A program made the translations under genes and the position numbers. A stretch of 64,000 nt of DNA, from NCBI GenBank assembly GCA_964247055.1, contig OZ176050.1:7874001-7938000 (forward strand). The letters run 5' to 3'. The notes beneath the pieces are model-generated. The model saw only the letters and a list, made by a program, of their open reading frames with translations, had not been told where the DNA came from and did no database searches. This document shows, piece by piece, positions 1-14,100 of this stretch; position 1 is the stretch's first letter; each line of letters starts with the position of its first letter. This DNA is from Paragordius varius. Lineage: Eukaryota > Animalia > Nematomorpha.

Positions 1-94
1 CCACATATTTTGCAAATAACGAGTTTTTTTTATTCAAAAATGGAGTCAATGAAGCAATTTGTGTTGGACACCCCTGTTTTAATGTCACAAATTA

Positions 95-330
95 AGATAG
101 CTCCAAAACAGGATAAAAACGAACAACCGATATTAAATTCAATACCAAAAAATTTGTTTGTTTGTAATTTAAAGCTGTCCAATTATTTATATTTTGGAAC
201 AATGATATACATTTATTTGCCTGTTGCAACCACGATGTAAAAAAATCTAAAATGGCGTCGAAAAAGTTTGAGATGAGGATTTTCACACATTTTACATTAA
301 ATAAATTGTATCGTGCGCTTCTGGAAAACA
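95..330 (+). repeat. Fragment of interspersed foldback/piggyBac-like repeat family B
   Basis: Motifs 'agctccaaaaca' and 'atttatttgcctgttgc...aaaatggcgtcgaaaaagtttgagatgagg' recur near 25050-25200, 61990-62170 and 63040-63110, and inverted near 22300-22500. Confidence 0.65.
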
Positions 331-339
331 TATTTTAAC

Positions 340-710
340 ATACATTTATTTCAGTCCGATTCAAATTGGGGTCTTTGGGGACCCCAGGCCTGTTAAATCA
401 CATATTGATGAAAATATGGAACAAATGGAAACCATTGAGTTTGCACGCATATAACATTGGTGCACCTAAATATAAAAAAGATTCATTTAAAAAACTTAAT
501 CACATATTTTATGGATAACTCGAAGATAAAAATTTTGCCAAATGTGCATTATCTAAATATAAAAATAATACCAAATAAACCATTTTTTATATGAGTGCAA
601 ACTTTTGCCATGGTTTCAATTCATTCCATATTTTTTGAAGTATTTAACTTTAAACAGGCCTAATTTGGATCAAAGCACTGAAATGAATGTACTGTAACCA
701 AGTATTAAAT
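340..710. mobile_element. Palindromic derivative of piggyBac-like MITE family A
   Basis: Left arm 'atacatttatttcagtccgattcaaattggggtc...caggcctgttaaa...ggaaaccattg' is the inverse of the right arm 'ccatggtttcaattcattcc...aaacaggcctaatttggatcaaagcactgaaatgaatgt'. The same terminus occurs near 24700, 43070, 61200 and 61480. Confidence 0.6.
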
Positions 711-1064
711 CAGCTATTTAGAAACAGATTCGGAGCTATCCTAATTTACGACTGATATAAACTGTATAATATATAATTTTTAATCTTAAAAACACAGTGT
801 TAAACATTGTATGGCGCAATCGGCTTCATAGCTTTTATATGGGGGTTTTAAAAATATAAGACTTTTCCAGTCCATATAAATATTTTAAAATAAAAAGTTT
901 GATTATTACATAAAATTAATAATAAAATAGTGTTTTAAACATTTTCAACCTTGGTAGAGCAATTTTCTTATTTAAAAACTCTGAACTAGTATTAAATATC
1001 AAGACAAACCCAGAGCCTACTTTTCATTTATTTGATTGGTTGTATACAAGATTCTAAAATATAA

Positions 1065-1210
1065 TAATCCCCAGTTTCTGAGGTCATAGCAGGAACCGGT
1101 TTAGTTGGGTAGGAAACAACTCTGTTCCGGTTCCAAAATTTCAGGAACTGCTGCGGTTCCATTTTATAATACAGGAATGAGCCCGGATTCGGTTCCACCT
1201 TGGTTTCCAT
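1065..1210. repeat. Degenerate fragment of the GGAACC-rich hAT-like MITE
   Basis: Clustered ggaacc/ggttcc motifs resembling the subterminal region of the element at 16248-16929. Confidence 0.5.
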
Positions 1211-2209
1211 AAATTTTAATGTTTAAATTATTATCTAAGTGATTGTGTGATAACATTTTTTCCGTTTTCGCATCAAAATGGAATGACCATCGTCATTTAA
1301 AAATTTGTTTAAAAATATTGATCATTTTATAACATTTTTTTCTCGTATCCGACTGAAATAGATCATGATGGCATTTTTTTCTGAATGTATACCTTTAACA
1401 ATTGAAGAGAACGACAGACCTAATTCGTAGATTTTTTTAAATCATGATTAAGGAATATTTACCTTAAAAATTAATGAAATCAATTACTGGTAAAAAAACC
1501 ATAAATTGAGTCTCAAGTTTAGGAAAAGGTAAAATACGATAAATTATCTAGGTTGAGTCTTTTTATAGATTTTAAATGTTATATTTTAATATTCTTTAAA
1601 AGTTTCCTTAAATTAACAAAACCATAAACTATAGCAGCTATAATCAATTGACAATAACAGAAAATATCAGCCACATTATATATTAGTGGTATTTAAACCC
1701 GGGGCCATGAAGCCATCAATCTGATTTTCTGGCCACAGATTATGCCATTAAAATATTATTATTAAATTTACCCGAGCTTTTTTGATAGTTAATAGAAATG
1801 TAAATTAGCAACAAAAACGTTTTTATTCAATATTTAGCAAGTGGTGCTATACTAGAGTTTTCAAATTTCTAATAATTTAAAGCGTTTCGTTAAATATTTT
1901 AAATGTTATGGCCGAACACGGGCCTTTATATTGTTTTACAATGTTAATTTTATATGACAAATTTTTAAAAAAATGGATTCGTAAAGCACATGATCCACTT
2001 TGTTTAATATTTCAGTCTCTCAAAACAAAATTTTGATACACGATATATTTCAATAATTAATTCTTTATTTAGCTGCGAATAACTGGCCACAATAAATTTC
2101 CATTTTTTATACATCTACTTCTACTGATTTGTATATATAAAATCGCTTGCAAACTTAGCCATTTATCTTTTTCCCTTATGAAAAATGGGCACAATCTTAT
2201 AACTTAGAT

Positions 2210-2402
2210 CAGTGGACTCCCGCGACCTACGGGCCACATGCCGCCCTAAAAGTGTTTTTTATGGTCCTGAATTTATTAAACTTGGTGATATACTTATGTA
2301 GAGTAAATATATCCATGTTTCAACCATTATCAATATAATGGCCCTTAAAACAAAAAAAATATTTTTTTGGCCCTTCAAATTTTTCATTGCCTAATACCAT
2401 CG
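2210..2402. mobile_element. hAT-like MITE
   Basis: Perfect 8-bp target site duplication ACTTAGAT (2202-2209 and 2403-2410). Starts CAGTGG. Internal 'gcccttcaaattttt' is shared with the element at 43611-43790. Confidence 0.75.
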
Positions 2403-5400
2403 ACTTAGATACTCTGTGACACGAATCATTTTTATTGTCTCTTAATGTAAACAATGTTATGCGCATTCTTATAATATATTTGCGAATTATGATAAAGATA
2501 TAATAATATTGTTGAATTATAACCTTGGCCAATATTTATGCTCTACATATATATGTATATTTTATATATTATACTTAGTTGTTTTTGGCTATTATCTTTT
2601 TAGAAAGAGGATTTTTGTTTAATTTATAATATACACATGTCATATCCTACCTAATTAATTAGTATAATTTAAATTTAATGAAAAAAAAATAAAACAAGAT
2701 TTGCGTTCATTTATTTGTAAAATTTGAAGATATATTACTGGAAAATTGGATAGGAATTGGAATAGGGACTTTGTATGTTTATGTGGATTTTAATCTTAGC
2801 TTTGGTAACCTAGCTTTATGAAATTATTTTCTAATTTCCAATATATTGAAATTGTGTAAAAGTTAACACATCATACAGCTAGATAACCAAAGAGAAGTTT
2901 GAAACCAATCAAGTCGCTTATCTTGCAAAAATATGATTTCATCCAGGATATTTTGATATTTCCGGTTATAATAAAAACCGAATAAGCCGACGAGTAATGG
3001 CTTGTAGATTAAAAGTAAAATGGATGCATCGATATATATTTATATGGATAAAAATTTTTTTGAAGTGTAACAATAAAGTTGAAATTATTAATTTTAACTT
3101 ATAAGTAGTTAGTTAGTTAGTTATAGTTGCTATCCAAATAATTTTATGCATAAATTATTGCATGGTTAATCAGAGAGGGATGTAGATAAATATTTAATTA
3201 ATATGTTGTATATTGGATAAAAAATGGAATGATAAATAATTGAATTTGAATATTTTTTATATAGCAGTGTATTTTCATTATTTATATTCACCTGACATCT
3301 CCCCTACCCCTACCTCTTCGCTATATTGTAAACGAAAAAGGGAGGAGTTTTTTGATGGGAGCGTTATAATTTAAATATTTTTATAATCATAAAAAATGAA
3401 CGGAATAGAAGGGGTTAAAAGTTTGTCAATTTCCACATTTTTTATCATCAATGATAATAATTACTTTTATTACAAAGACAATAAAAATAACTCAAAATAT
3501 ATTGAGATAAATGTATATCTTTGAGTCAATGTGTGTTTAAAAACGAGCGCAAATCGATTCCCCTCCTATTTACGCGCGGTGATAGCGAAAAATAATATGA
3601 AAAAACGCCCAAATTTATATTATGAGCGTGGAAACAAAAATATTATTATCATAAACTTTTGAAATTATGCAATACATAGATAGTTGTTGTATGGATATAG
3701 TAGTGCATTCAACTTGTGCCCAAAAGGCAATGACAACACTTAACTTTGTTTTTTTTTTCATACACGCAATTTATTATTTATCTTTATTAACTTACTAACC
3801 TTAATTAATTAATATCTTTTGAAATTATACCATCTATTTCATTTTAGAAACTATAGGTTACTTCTTATTTTTTTTGTCACAAAACACCTTTTTTAACATA
3901 TAAATGCGCACACGGATGTTTGGTATAAACTAAATAAAAAAACATCACAGCATAATGAGTAGACTTTTAACATTTTTTCGAATATGTTTAATTTATTAGT
4001 CGGCCAATTAAGATTAATGCTGCTTGATAAATTAACATAGAAAACTATTTATCATACATTTCAATGGTAGTTGAAAAAAGTTACCTTATATAATAAAACA
4101 AAAACAAGTTTTTATACACAAAGGTGTAAATATTTTAAAAATTTGTCTTGTTTAACATAACAATCCCAAAATTTTAGCAAGGTAGAAAAATAGCTTTTAT
4201 GTATCAATAAATTAATGTGTTTAACTTGAATGAAATCTAGGCCCTCGAGCTATATGAAATTCTATTTTTGTATATATTTTGAAAATGGGTATTTAAAGTA
4301 TAATTTAATAAAACTTAATAAAAAAATATATTAACCCATTTTTCAATATGATATTAACTAGAATGATGCAAAAAACAACTTAAAAAATTGGGTTCTTTTC
4401 ATAGTTATTTGACCACAAAAATACCGTGTAACTGCCGTGTTTTATGACGAGGTTAGATAAATCTAATTAACTAATAAAAACTTTTTACTGACCATTCAAT
4501 TTAATTTTTTTTGTAGTATTAGGCATAAAAATGCAACAAGTTAAAATTCTCTTTTATATATATTACAATTACTATTCAAATTAAAGGGTCTTGTGGGCAT
4601 GTTTAATAAAATTCATATCCATATTTTATATTTATATTTTTAAAATTTAACTCTGGTTCACCCAGTGAATTTCAATAAATGTCCTGCTGATGTAGGTATT
4701 AATAAATATAATTTTTATAGTCTTTATTTCCTATTTACTTTAATGGGAAAAAAATGATTAATTATAAAACCTAAAAAATTTTAAGACTTGACTGTCTAGA
4801 TTGTGAATGAGGATAAAAAATCGTGAAGTTTCATCCGAATCCTCGAATTTGCGCAGGATTTAAGGTTAAATGCCTGAACACTTTTCAGCCTTTTTGAAAA
4901 TGAGTAATAACCTTTTTCCTTCCATATAAACTTAATATATACGATAATCTAATAATAAAGTAAAATACTTACATCTATTCAAATTTTTACTGTCATTTAA
5001 ATGATAAAATTATTAACTGTTTTGATCACTGATTGCTTTTAAAATTACAAAGTAATATATATTTATATATATATATATATGACATAACTCGATGCTTTCA
5101 ATTCGATGTTTTAAAATTTACCTCATAACACGGAATAAGTCAAAGTTTATTCAGATTTAAAACGCTACTGCTCTAGCCTATAGAACCGTTAAAATGTAAT
5201 GATGGCTTGATTTAAATTATTTTGAACAAAAAGTTAGGAATATATTAAGTTTTAACCTGAAACACTGTGGATTATTCAATATTATAGACGATTAAAACTA
5301 TCCGCTGAAAAATGAATATTGTGGAAAATATTATGATGACAAAATTGATATTTGGAACAGGAAACAGCTTTTAAAACATAAAAAATTAAAACAGTTTGGC

Positions 5401-6979
5401 TCATTATAAATGCCACTACTTTTATTTTTTTAAATAATAAATATAACCTATAAAAAAATGACAAAATTTTTTATATGAAAAAGTGTCGCTTTTTTGCCTC
5501 ATTCCCCATTTCAAATATATATATATATAAATATATAAACAATTGTATGAAACAATAAAAATAGTTTATATATCATTAAATATTTTATTTTAACATGTGT
5601 ATATTTATTATATCTCTAACGTATACTCTCACTCGTTAATGAATTTTTAGAATTTCAAATATTTTTTAGATAAAGGTAATGTCTCCCCTCTTACCTACAT
5701 CATTATTATGCATGCCTATTTCATTTTTGCCCTTCAAATTTTATCTAAAAAATCGAGATATTTTCAGAGTTGATACCTTAGTATTACTAAAATACTTATA
5801 TGTATTTGAAATAAAATTTAGAAATAAGTCTCACCCTCGAAGTCAAGGTCGTGTCATGCATTTTATTATCAAAAAATAAATTAATAATAATAATGTTATT
5901 AAAATCGAGATTTGTGACACCAATACTTCCCAAAGCCTAACGATACTAAAATAATTTTCTTATATACCCTGATTTTTAGGTACATTCTTGCCTTTAATGG
6001 TTTAATAAAATTAAATGTGAACTAAAATAAAACTTTAATGATTAAATACCTTAGATTGAGAAAAATAATCATTGTATGGGCATTTTATCTTTTTTTAAAT
6101 AACGCTTATCTAGAAATGCTGTATTTACATTAACATCACATTTAAAGAACTGTTAAGACGCACTTTCTTAAGAGCCACAAAATGTTTTTTCGTAATTTAT
6201 AGATGGTTAACTAATTGAAAGTTTATTGTCGATACCATTTCTAAAATAAGAATCGTCCGTCGTGAATGTTTTGCTGGAGTTACTCCATAGAACACGGTTG
6301 TATTAAATGTGAAACAACGAAATTGCCAATAAAAGAAATACATGTTAATTCAACGATGTATTCAAACAAAAATTCATTGTGAAGTACAACAAGAAAAATC
6401 GTTAAAAAATCCAATAATTACAGGTAAATTAATGGAAACAGATAAAAGAGGTTAAAAACATTAGTCGAATGGATATATTTCAACTTTTTCTGGAACTGCA
6501 TAGTAAAAATTAACCTTAATCACATATGATATATTAAATTAAATAAATTCTCTGATCGAATTGCTAACAGTCGTTTGCAATATGTATAATAATATGGCTT
6601 AGGGCTAATGACCAAATAACCAAATTAACTTTTAAATCAAACGCTAAAGAATTGTTAATTCTGGCCTTACCTAAATTATATCTTGGGAAAATTAAAAAAG
6701 CTAAAAGTCCAAACACTTGAACATGGTGTCATTATGCTGTAAAAAAGATTCGTGAAAAATTTAACATATCCATGTTCCCGTTCAAATTATTGTTATTCCA
6801 TTTTGTTTTTTACATCATTTATAGGATAATCGAAAACTTTGATTTTAAAAATGATAGTTTTTATTGAACAATTTAATGTTGAAAAATTGAAATAATATCA
6901 AGCTATAAAAACTGTTGGAACTAAATTTTTAGCGCGTTTGTGCGTGAATTTGAGTTATAACACTTGAAATGCATACGTT

Positions 6980-7800
6980 AAGCCGAATTTAATTGTTATT
7001 TAAACCAATCATCGATAAAAAATATATACGATCAAAGTAGATATCATTTTTTAATTTTCATATTTAAGAAGTATAGAATTTTGACTTAGATTTTCCGGAA
7101 AGTGTAATCCCATTGATATTAAGTGTCTGCCATTCACATTTCATTTATGATACGCAGACGGCAAAAATATGCATGGATTGCCTTTATATTCAGCTCCATC
7201 TTCCTGAAAATAGGTTTGTTTACAAAAAAGGGCCCAAAATAAGGTGTCTTTGATTTAAGTTGTTGAATACAATACTTATTTAAGTCTAATTGTTGTCTTT
7301 CATGTCATGAAATTGTAGTCGTACTTAATTTAAATATAGCCCGCCCAACCAACTACTTAACAGATGTCCAAATATGTTTTTATCCAAAAACCGGTGTAAT
7401 TTAAATACATTGTAGACATTTTATATATAAAGTGGTTCAGTCGATCTTTGATAATTTAGCCAATTGGTTTAGGTATAACTATAAAAATAAATATTTTTTC
7501 GAAAATATATATGCAAACTATCATCATTTGATATGCAGCTATTTAGATAATAATGACATATATCTTAATTTTATAATTTCGATTTCGCGACCCAATCTAT
7601 CGATGTAATAGCTTTAAAGGATTCTTTTCTAATCATTCATGGCAATTCATATTTGATTTAGGTTTACAAAGAATACAAAGGAGCAATATGCATCTGTTTT
7701 GGCCAGAAATTAGTATTAAAAAGTGGGAAAAAATTCTTTTTATACGTAAAGTTAAAGATTCATCATTTATCCTGCGTATGTACCAGATTGGCTAATACAA
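6980..7800 (+). pseudogene. Possible heavily decayed non-LTR retrotransposon ORF2 remnant
   Basis: Frameshifted plus-strand peptides (SIKNIYDQSRYHFLIFIFKKY / LDFPESVIPLI / HLFWPEISIKKWEKI) loosely resemble the LINE RT 'DxxKAFDxVxHxxL...GFP' region. Many stops; similarity judged by eye only. Confidence 0.3.
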
Positions 7801-8127
7801 TGCTATTAATTTTATATATATATATATATATATGAAATAAGTATTTTATCATATAATTTTAGTTTCCGTCTCACAACAAAAAAACGACGCAAAAGAAATA
7901 AATCAAAATATAATTCGTTTAAAAGTACTCATGTTTATCAACATTAAAAAATATAATAAGGTTGTATCATTTTATCTTAGTTTATAAATTTTGCAGTTTT
8001 TTAAGAAAAAAGTTATTTCAGTTATAAATTATATAATCAATAATCATTTTAACTACTCCGTCAATAAAATTAGCCTAAATTTACATATTTTGATTTATTA
8101 TATCAAGCAAATAAATTGATCGAATTT

Positions 8128-11100
8128 TTAAACTATTTGTTCAACATCTTTTGATTCATCGTTCTTCAATTGTTTCTCTTGTTCTAAAAGAGGGATTTTC
8201 CATTCTGTGAGATCAACTTCCAAAATTTCGGGACTCGGAGGCGCGCTGAGATAGAGTTTAAGTATGAAGTCATCTAACATGTTAACATCAGAAAAAATAT
8301 ATTATGTTGGTATATATTTTCATATTAGTAAAATTATATTATTCTGTCATAAAAGCATGTTAAAAATTAATAGACGGGAAATTTTTAAAAATGTACCAAA
8401 TCATACCGTCTATATATATATGACTTAATCTCTAAAACCTAAAAATCTGTGTTCCGTATTTTTTTAATAAGTGCCAGAAAATACAGATCCGGCACTAAGT
8501 TTTGATGTCTAATTATTTTGATATAATGATTCATATTCAAAATCTTAGAGAATGTATGCATGCTCTTTTATTTCTGAAAATTTTACATATATTATTATAA
8601 TTCTAAAAAATATTGTTAAGTTTTAAAACTGCGGTTCAGCCCACTTCGTAGCGAAACAGTTCCAACAAAACGTAATAGTTCCGATTCCAATTCATTATAT
8701 ATGTATTTAGGGGAAAAACCTGATTCAGTGTTTGATGGTTTATTCGTTTGAATCGTTTCAAAAAGATAGGCAAAATTTTGACATATAGCTTCCGTATCCA
8801 TCCCAATCTGTGATAAGAGGCATTCAATTTCAGCCAAGTGAGGATATTGCGTTTTGTTAATGTGTGCAGCCAAACTATTATCACACATTACTGTTTGATA
8901 GCTTATCGATTTGAGGTATTTGGTAACGAGTCCTTCAACATCGGTTCCGACATTACCTTTACTAGGATGCGGCATCATACCTTTGCCCAAAATGACACGT
9001 AAATTAGTAACTTCCCCATACATTTCAGGCGTACAAATGACATAATCGAAATCGCTTTTCTTCACGATACCCTTGATGATACGTTTAACCAAATCTTTCC
9101 CACCTATTATTATTATTATTATTATAAAAGATTTTATGAATAATAGGAATGTAAAAGATAATATTAAAATATCTAATCCCTCCTGTAGCAGGTATAATGT
9201 AACCGAATGGAGAATCACTTTTTTAAAAACCTTATATACTATTGATCCTTGAAATCTATATATTTATAAAAATAGAAAATGCTGGCTTTGTGATCTGGTA
9301 CAGGAAAACCGGTAGACCCATTCTAATCCAAACATCGAAAAAATATAAACATTAATGAATGCTCCGACAATAGCTTCGCCCTTTTTTTGAAATAGGCCCC
9401 CAGCTCGGGCCCACCCCGTGTGAAAAACGGGTTTTTTTTGAAAACAGAAGTCCACAAAAATCGTGTCTTTGAGACAATTTTCCGGAGAACGTGTTGGTCC
9501 ATTCTATTTAAATATGATTTTTATTTAGTTATTTTCGATTGCGCCAAACATAGTCGAGTCACTTTTTTAATTTAGGCCCTCTTTTTACCCGCTCCCCCCG
9601 TAAAATGCCATTTTTTTCAAAAAACAAAGTACACAAAAATATTTTTTTAAATCTCTTTTTCGACCAAGACATGAGACCGTAAAAATTCAATATGGATTCC
9701 ACGTATTCCCTGTTAAAAGGCAAAAATTTTAGCCAAGCGTTTATTTGATGATAGCTGCTGGGTAAGGAGCTACCCGCGAAAACTGACTCATGTAACTTTG
9801 TGATCTGTTTCCGGAAAACCGGTGAACCCATTCAAATCCAAATATCGAAAAAATATAATCATTAATGAATGCCCCGACAATAGCTTCGCCTTTTTTGGAA
9901 TTAGGTCCCCAGGTTGGGCCCACCTAGTGTGAAAAATGGGTTAAGTCAATTTTTTGGAGAACGTGTTGGACCATTCAATTTCAAATATGATTTTTGTTTA
10001 CTTATTTTTGGTCGCGCTGAAAACAGTCGATTTTTTGATTTAGGCCCTCTTTTTACCCGCTACCCCCGTAAAATGCCATTTTTTTCAAAAAAAAACAAAG
10101 TCCACAAAAATAATTTTTTAAATCTATTTTTCCCCCAAGTAAACAATAAATTAGTATGAATGCACCGTTTTAAGATTTCTATGAGATCATAGCTATTAAA
10201 TAATGTTTCGAAATAATCCACATATGTAGATCATTTTATTGTCCCTTTTTTCAAATAACCCCCCCCAGAAGTCCGAAGGACTTCCTCGGGCTGCGTAGCA
10301 GCACGAAATTTACGCTAGTATTAAATATAAATTTATTTTCTATTTTAAAGGTTAAATTATCAAGATAAAAAAAATTATATTTCGATAAAATGTTTATTTT
10401 TTTTTCTTTTACAAATAAATATATATTAATATATCTAAAATATTGCAAAAAAATATATTACACTAGACAACAAATTTTGACTTTTAAGTGCCATTCTTGT
10501 AAATTTTAAATTAATTCATGAAAGTATATATATAGTATATCTGAAAAAAATGGTCTAACATCTGAAATTTTTTTATTATTATATTAAAAACCGTGCTTTA
10601 ACCTTATCAGTAAACTCTACAACTTTCAAAATGAATTTAAACTATATCAAATCTTTATAATCCCTGACCTCGATTCCCGCATCAGAGCCAAACGGCTTAG
10701 ATGGGCAGGTCACATTCACCGACGCTCACCTGATAATTACCTACAAAAAATGCAATCTTTCCGCACTATAAGGTCGAGACCGGGACTGCCTTTGAAACCT
10801 GGTCTTCCACAATCTCCGATAATCTAGCCTTGCTGGACATAAAACTTGAAGATGTGGAATGTAGAACCTCTTGGAAACCCAAAATCAAATCCTACATTAA
10901 CTCAGCCACCTTCAATAAAGAAAGGCGTTGACGGATTAGGGTCTATCGAATATTTTTGGCCCAGGTTTAATATTAAAGTCAAATTTTCAAAATTAAAAGT
11001 TTTAGATATAGAGCCATGTATTTTTTTATCATTTGAAAGCCAAAAAACTGAATCGAACGGTGATTAGTCATTTAAATCCATCTGATTTAAAAGTTATTTG

Positions 11101-14100
11101 GCTTTATATGGTCAAAATTTTCAACCCTTAAAAAAATCAAATATTTTCACAGACGAACTAATTTAAAAATCATATATATTTTAATAAAATTAAAATTTAA
11201 TAAAAATCTTTGAAAAAGCCTTTGGTTTGCTTTTTTAATAAAAATTATTATTATCATAATTATTACCTAGTGGTATTAAAATGCATAGTATGACTGTAAA
11301 TTTATATAATGGTTATAAACGATGAAGAATACATCAAACTATATTTCTAGTCTTTAAAATCAAATTATAAGCTTTCTACAGGTAATAATTAATATTGATA
11401 TGATGGTAATTTTCTTAAAAAACAAAAAATCAAAATAGCTGTTTTGAATGACATAAAAACAATAAATAAGTGATTTCAAAAAAACTTTCATGTGTTAACT
11501 TTGACATTCATTGCCATCTACACAAAGTTTGGGTTATTTTCGTCCATTAGTTTAAAAAATTTGTTAATTAAGAAAAAGGCTCTCGCTTCGCGCGTTTGTG
11601 GCTTCCGTCCGATAATAACTATCGATGTGAAACATATCACTATGCACTTTATAGAGTTTTAATTACTCTTTCAAATGATATATTGCAAATAGGAATTCGT
11701 AATATATTTTCAAAGAAAAATATTTTTTAATAAAATTTTAATAAAGAAGGCGCATAATCATAAATAAATCAAATTACACTATTATTAGGTGGTATTATAT
11801 TTTTTATATTAACTTTACTGTTGAAATGAGATAGTTAATTTCAAAAACGCAAAAACTCGAGTGGCAGAAAAATTTATCTAGAGTTAAATTTTTTCTTGTG
11901 ATCTAACCTCCCATAAATTGGTGAAAGATACTAATTTATATATTTAGTCATAACAATTTATGTTATAGAGAAAACTTAAGGTTGATACAAATATTTGTCT
12001 TTTAGTTTTTACGTTTTGTCTTTATTTTAATTTTTGTTGTATGTATAAAAATACCTGCAATGACAGCCCCGGCATCACAGGCAGCCTCTTGTTCAGGCGC
12101 TTTAGCAGCAAACACCAATATTTTATTGTTGAGTTTTAGGGGAAAGGTAAAATGATTCGGATAATGTAATATACCATTGAAAGATGCAATGGGTTTGGAC
12201 TGAATATGAAATATTTATAAGACATGTGATAAGGTAAAAAACTTTTGACATACCCATTATTTAAAAATGTTCAAATCAATATTAACTTGTAACTGTTTTA
12301 AACTTTTAAAACCATTGTATATGTGGACTTAATTTATACACCATTTCAAATTCGAGCAAAAGAATTGAAATTATGATAATTTATTTTAATAAATGCTGGA
12401 AAAATCTATACTTCATTTCGAATTTACTACAAAATTACAATCAGTTATTATACGATGAAAACATATTGCCTATATTTATCTAGATGGGTATAAAAAGATT
12501 AAACATATAAAAAGAAAAGTGAAGATATAAAACGTCAAAAAAATTAAATTTAGAAAGCAAACGTGGGCCAAAAACAAATTTATCAATGAATGCTAAATTA
12601 GTTTTTTTCAGAGACCAGAGTTTCTATTTCATAAAAATCAAAAATTAATTATATTATTAACAAATAGATTACGTCTACGGACCTATTTAAACGAAAGGTG
12701 CAATCACTGCATCTACAACCATTATATAAATAATGGTTATATGAAGGAAAGCACCTTTTATCATTTTTATAAGAGAGAATTGATTCGAGGTATACGGAAT
12801 GCATAAACCAAAAATGGCGAAAACTATCCCATAAAAATACCACAGTAAAATACTACACTTAACAATAACACCAACCCCTAATGATTCTTTTAGCCAAATA
12901 TAAGCTGAATACATTAATAATTAATTTAATACACAAACTCTTTTATAAAATTCATATATATTAACAATAATCCGTGATTTTTTTCGAAAAAATAAAATTA
13001 AATTTTAATTGTCAATAATACAAAATATAGAACATACTTTTTTACTGGATGCCATGTTAATCAACATTTTAGCGTAAAAAAGACCATCCAAATTATCATA
13101 TATTTCGGGACTTGCCACTTCTTTATGCATTTCAATAGCTTCCCGTAAATTATAGATTTTTGGTGGAAATTTTTCCATCAAATAAACATCATCCATAGGG
13201 ACACGTTTCAGAAAATCTTGATATTCTTTGGATTCATAATTTACATTCGTGTGTATTATTCTAATATCACAAGAATATATATATCAGTAAAATACGCCAA
13301 AAAATATTATTTGGTTAAAACAAAATGTTCAACGTCAAAGTAAAAAATTAAGTTTTAAGACATATCAATCTTATTATGTAGGAATAAATAACGAGTTACC
13401 TTATTTGAATTATATATACAAAACTTAAGTATAAATAACATAGATTAATTAGAACAGGATGATATATATTTTTGCTTAAAATATAATGATAATACAGGTT
13501 TTAAAATTTAAGATAATGAATATAAAATGTATAAATAAGTAATTAAAGGTAATATGCAAAAATAATTTATAAAAATCCATGTCCTTAACCAAGCGTGTCG
13601 AACTCGCGGCCTAATGAAATATTAAGTAGACTGCGAGATTTAAATACAAAATAAAATTTAACGAAGATTTTCTAAAATAAATTTTCTGAATGATCCTTCT
13701 GAATTTTGGCAATGAGAAAAGTGATAAAATAAATAGTAGATTTTAAAGTCTTATGTTAAAAATCTTATAAAATATTTGTTGATGCCCATACATTTTGAGA
13801 TGGCGGCCGGCCGGATTTTCTAATAAAAATGCGGCCGCGAAACAATTTGTCTTGGACAACTCTGTTCATTTTTACAAATAAATTAGGCGTTTACTAATAA
13901 GAGTTTCTTTTTATAAATCCCGACAGTTATTAATCCTATATACGCTATAAATCATTTTTGCCTAGCTGCCATAAATGTAGAGAAAATAACTAAAATACAA
14001 CTATTATGGTCATTATTGAAAAAGAGGCCAGTTAAAATGGATATTTTATAATATATTCAATTATGCATACTTCTTCTTGGGAACAAATTCTTTTTCAACC

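Noticed and set aside
2880-3100. Stop-interrupted peptide 'FHPGYFDISGY...' as a transposase remnant
   Set aside because: Too short and degenerate to assign.
8616-9218. 200-aa ORF as a standalone gene
   Set aside because: The first ~38 codons are intronic (TAT)n-rich sequence; the remainder is an MRPL1 exon starting at 9103.
9264-10159. ORFs at 9264-9455, 9559-9831, 9741-9923 and 9914-10159
   Set aside because: They lie within the duplicated Helitron interior and have no protein motifs.
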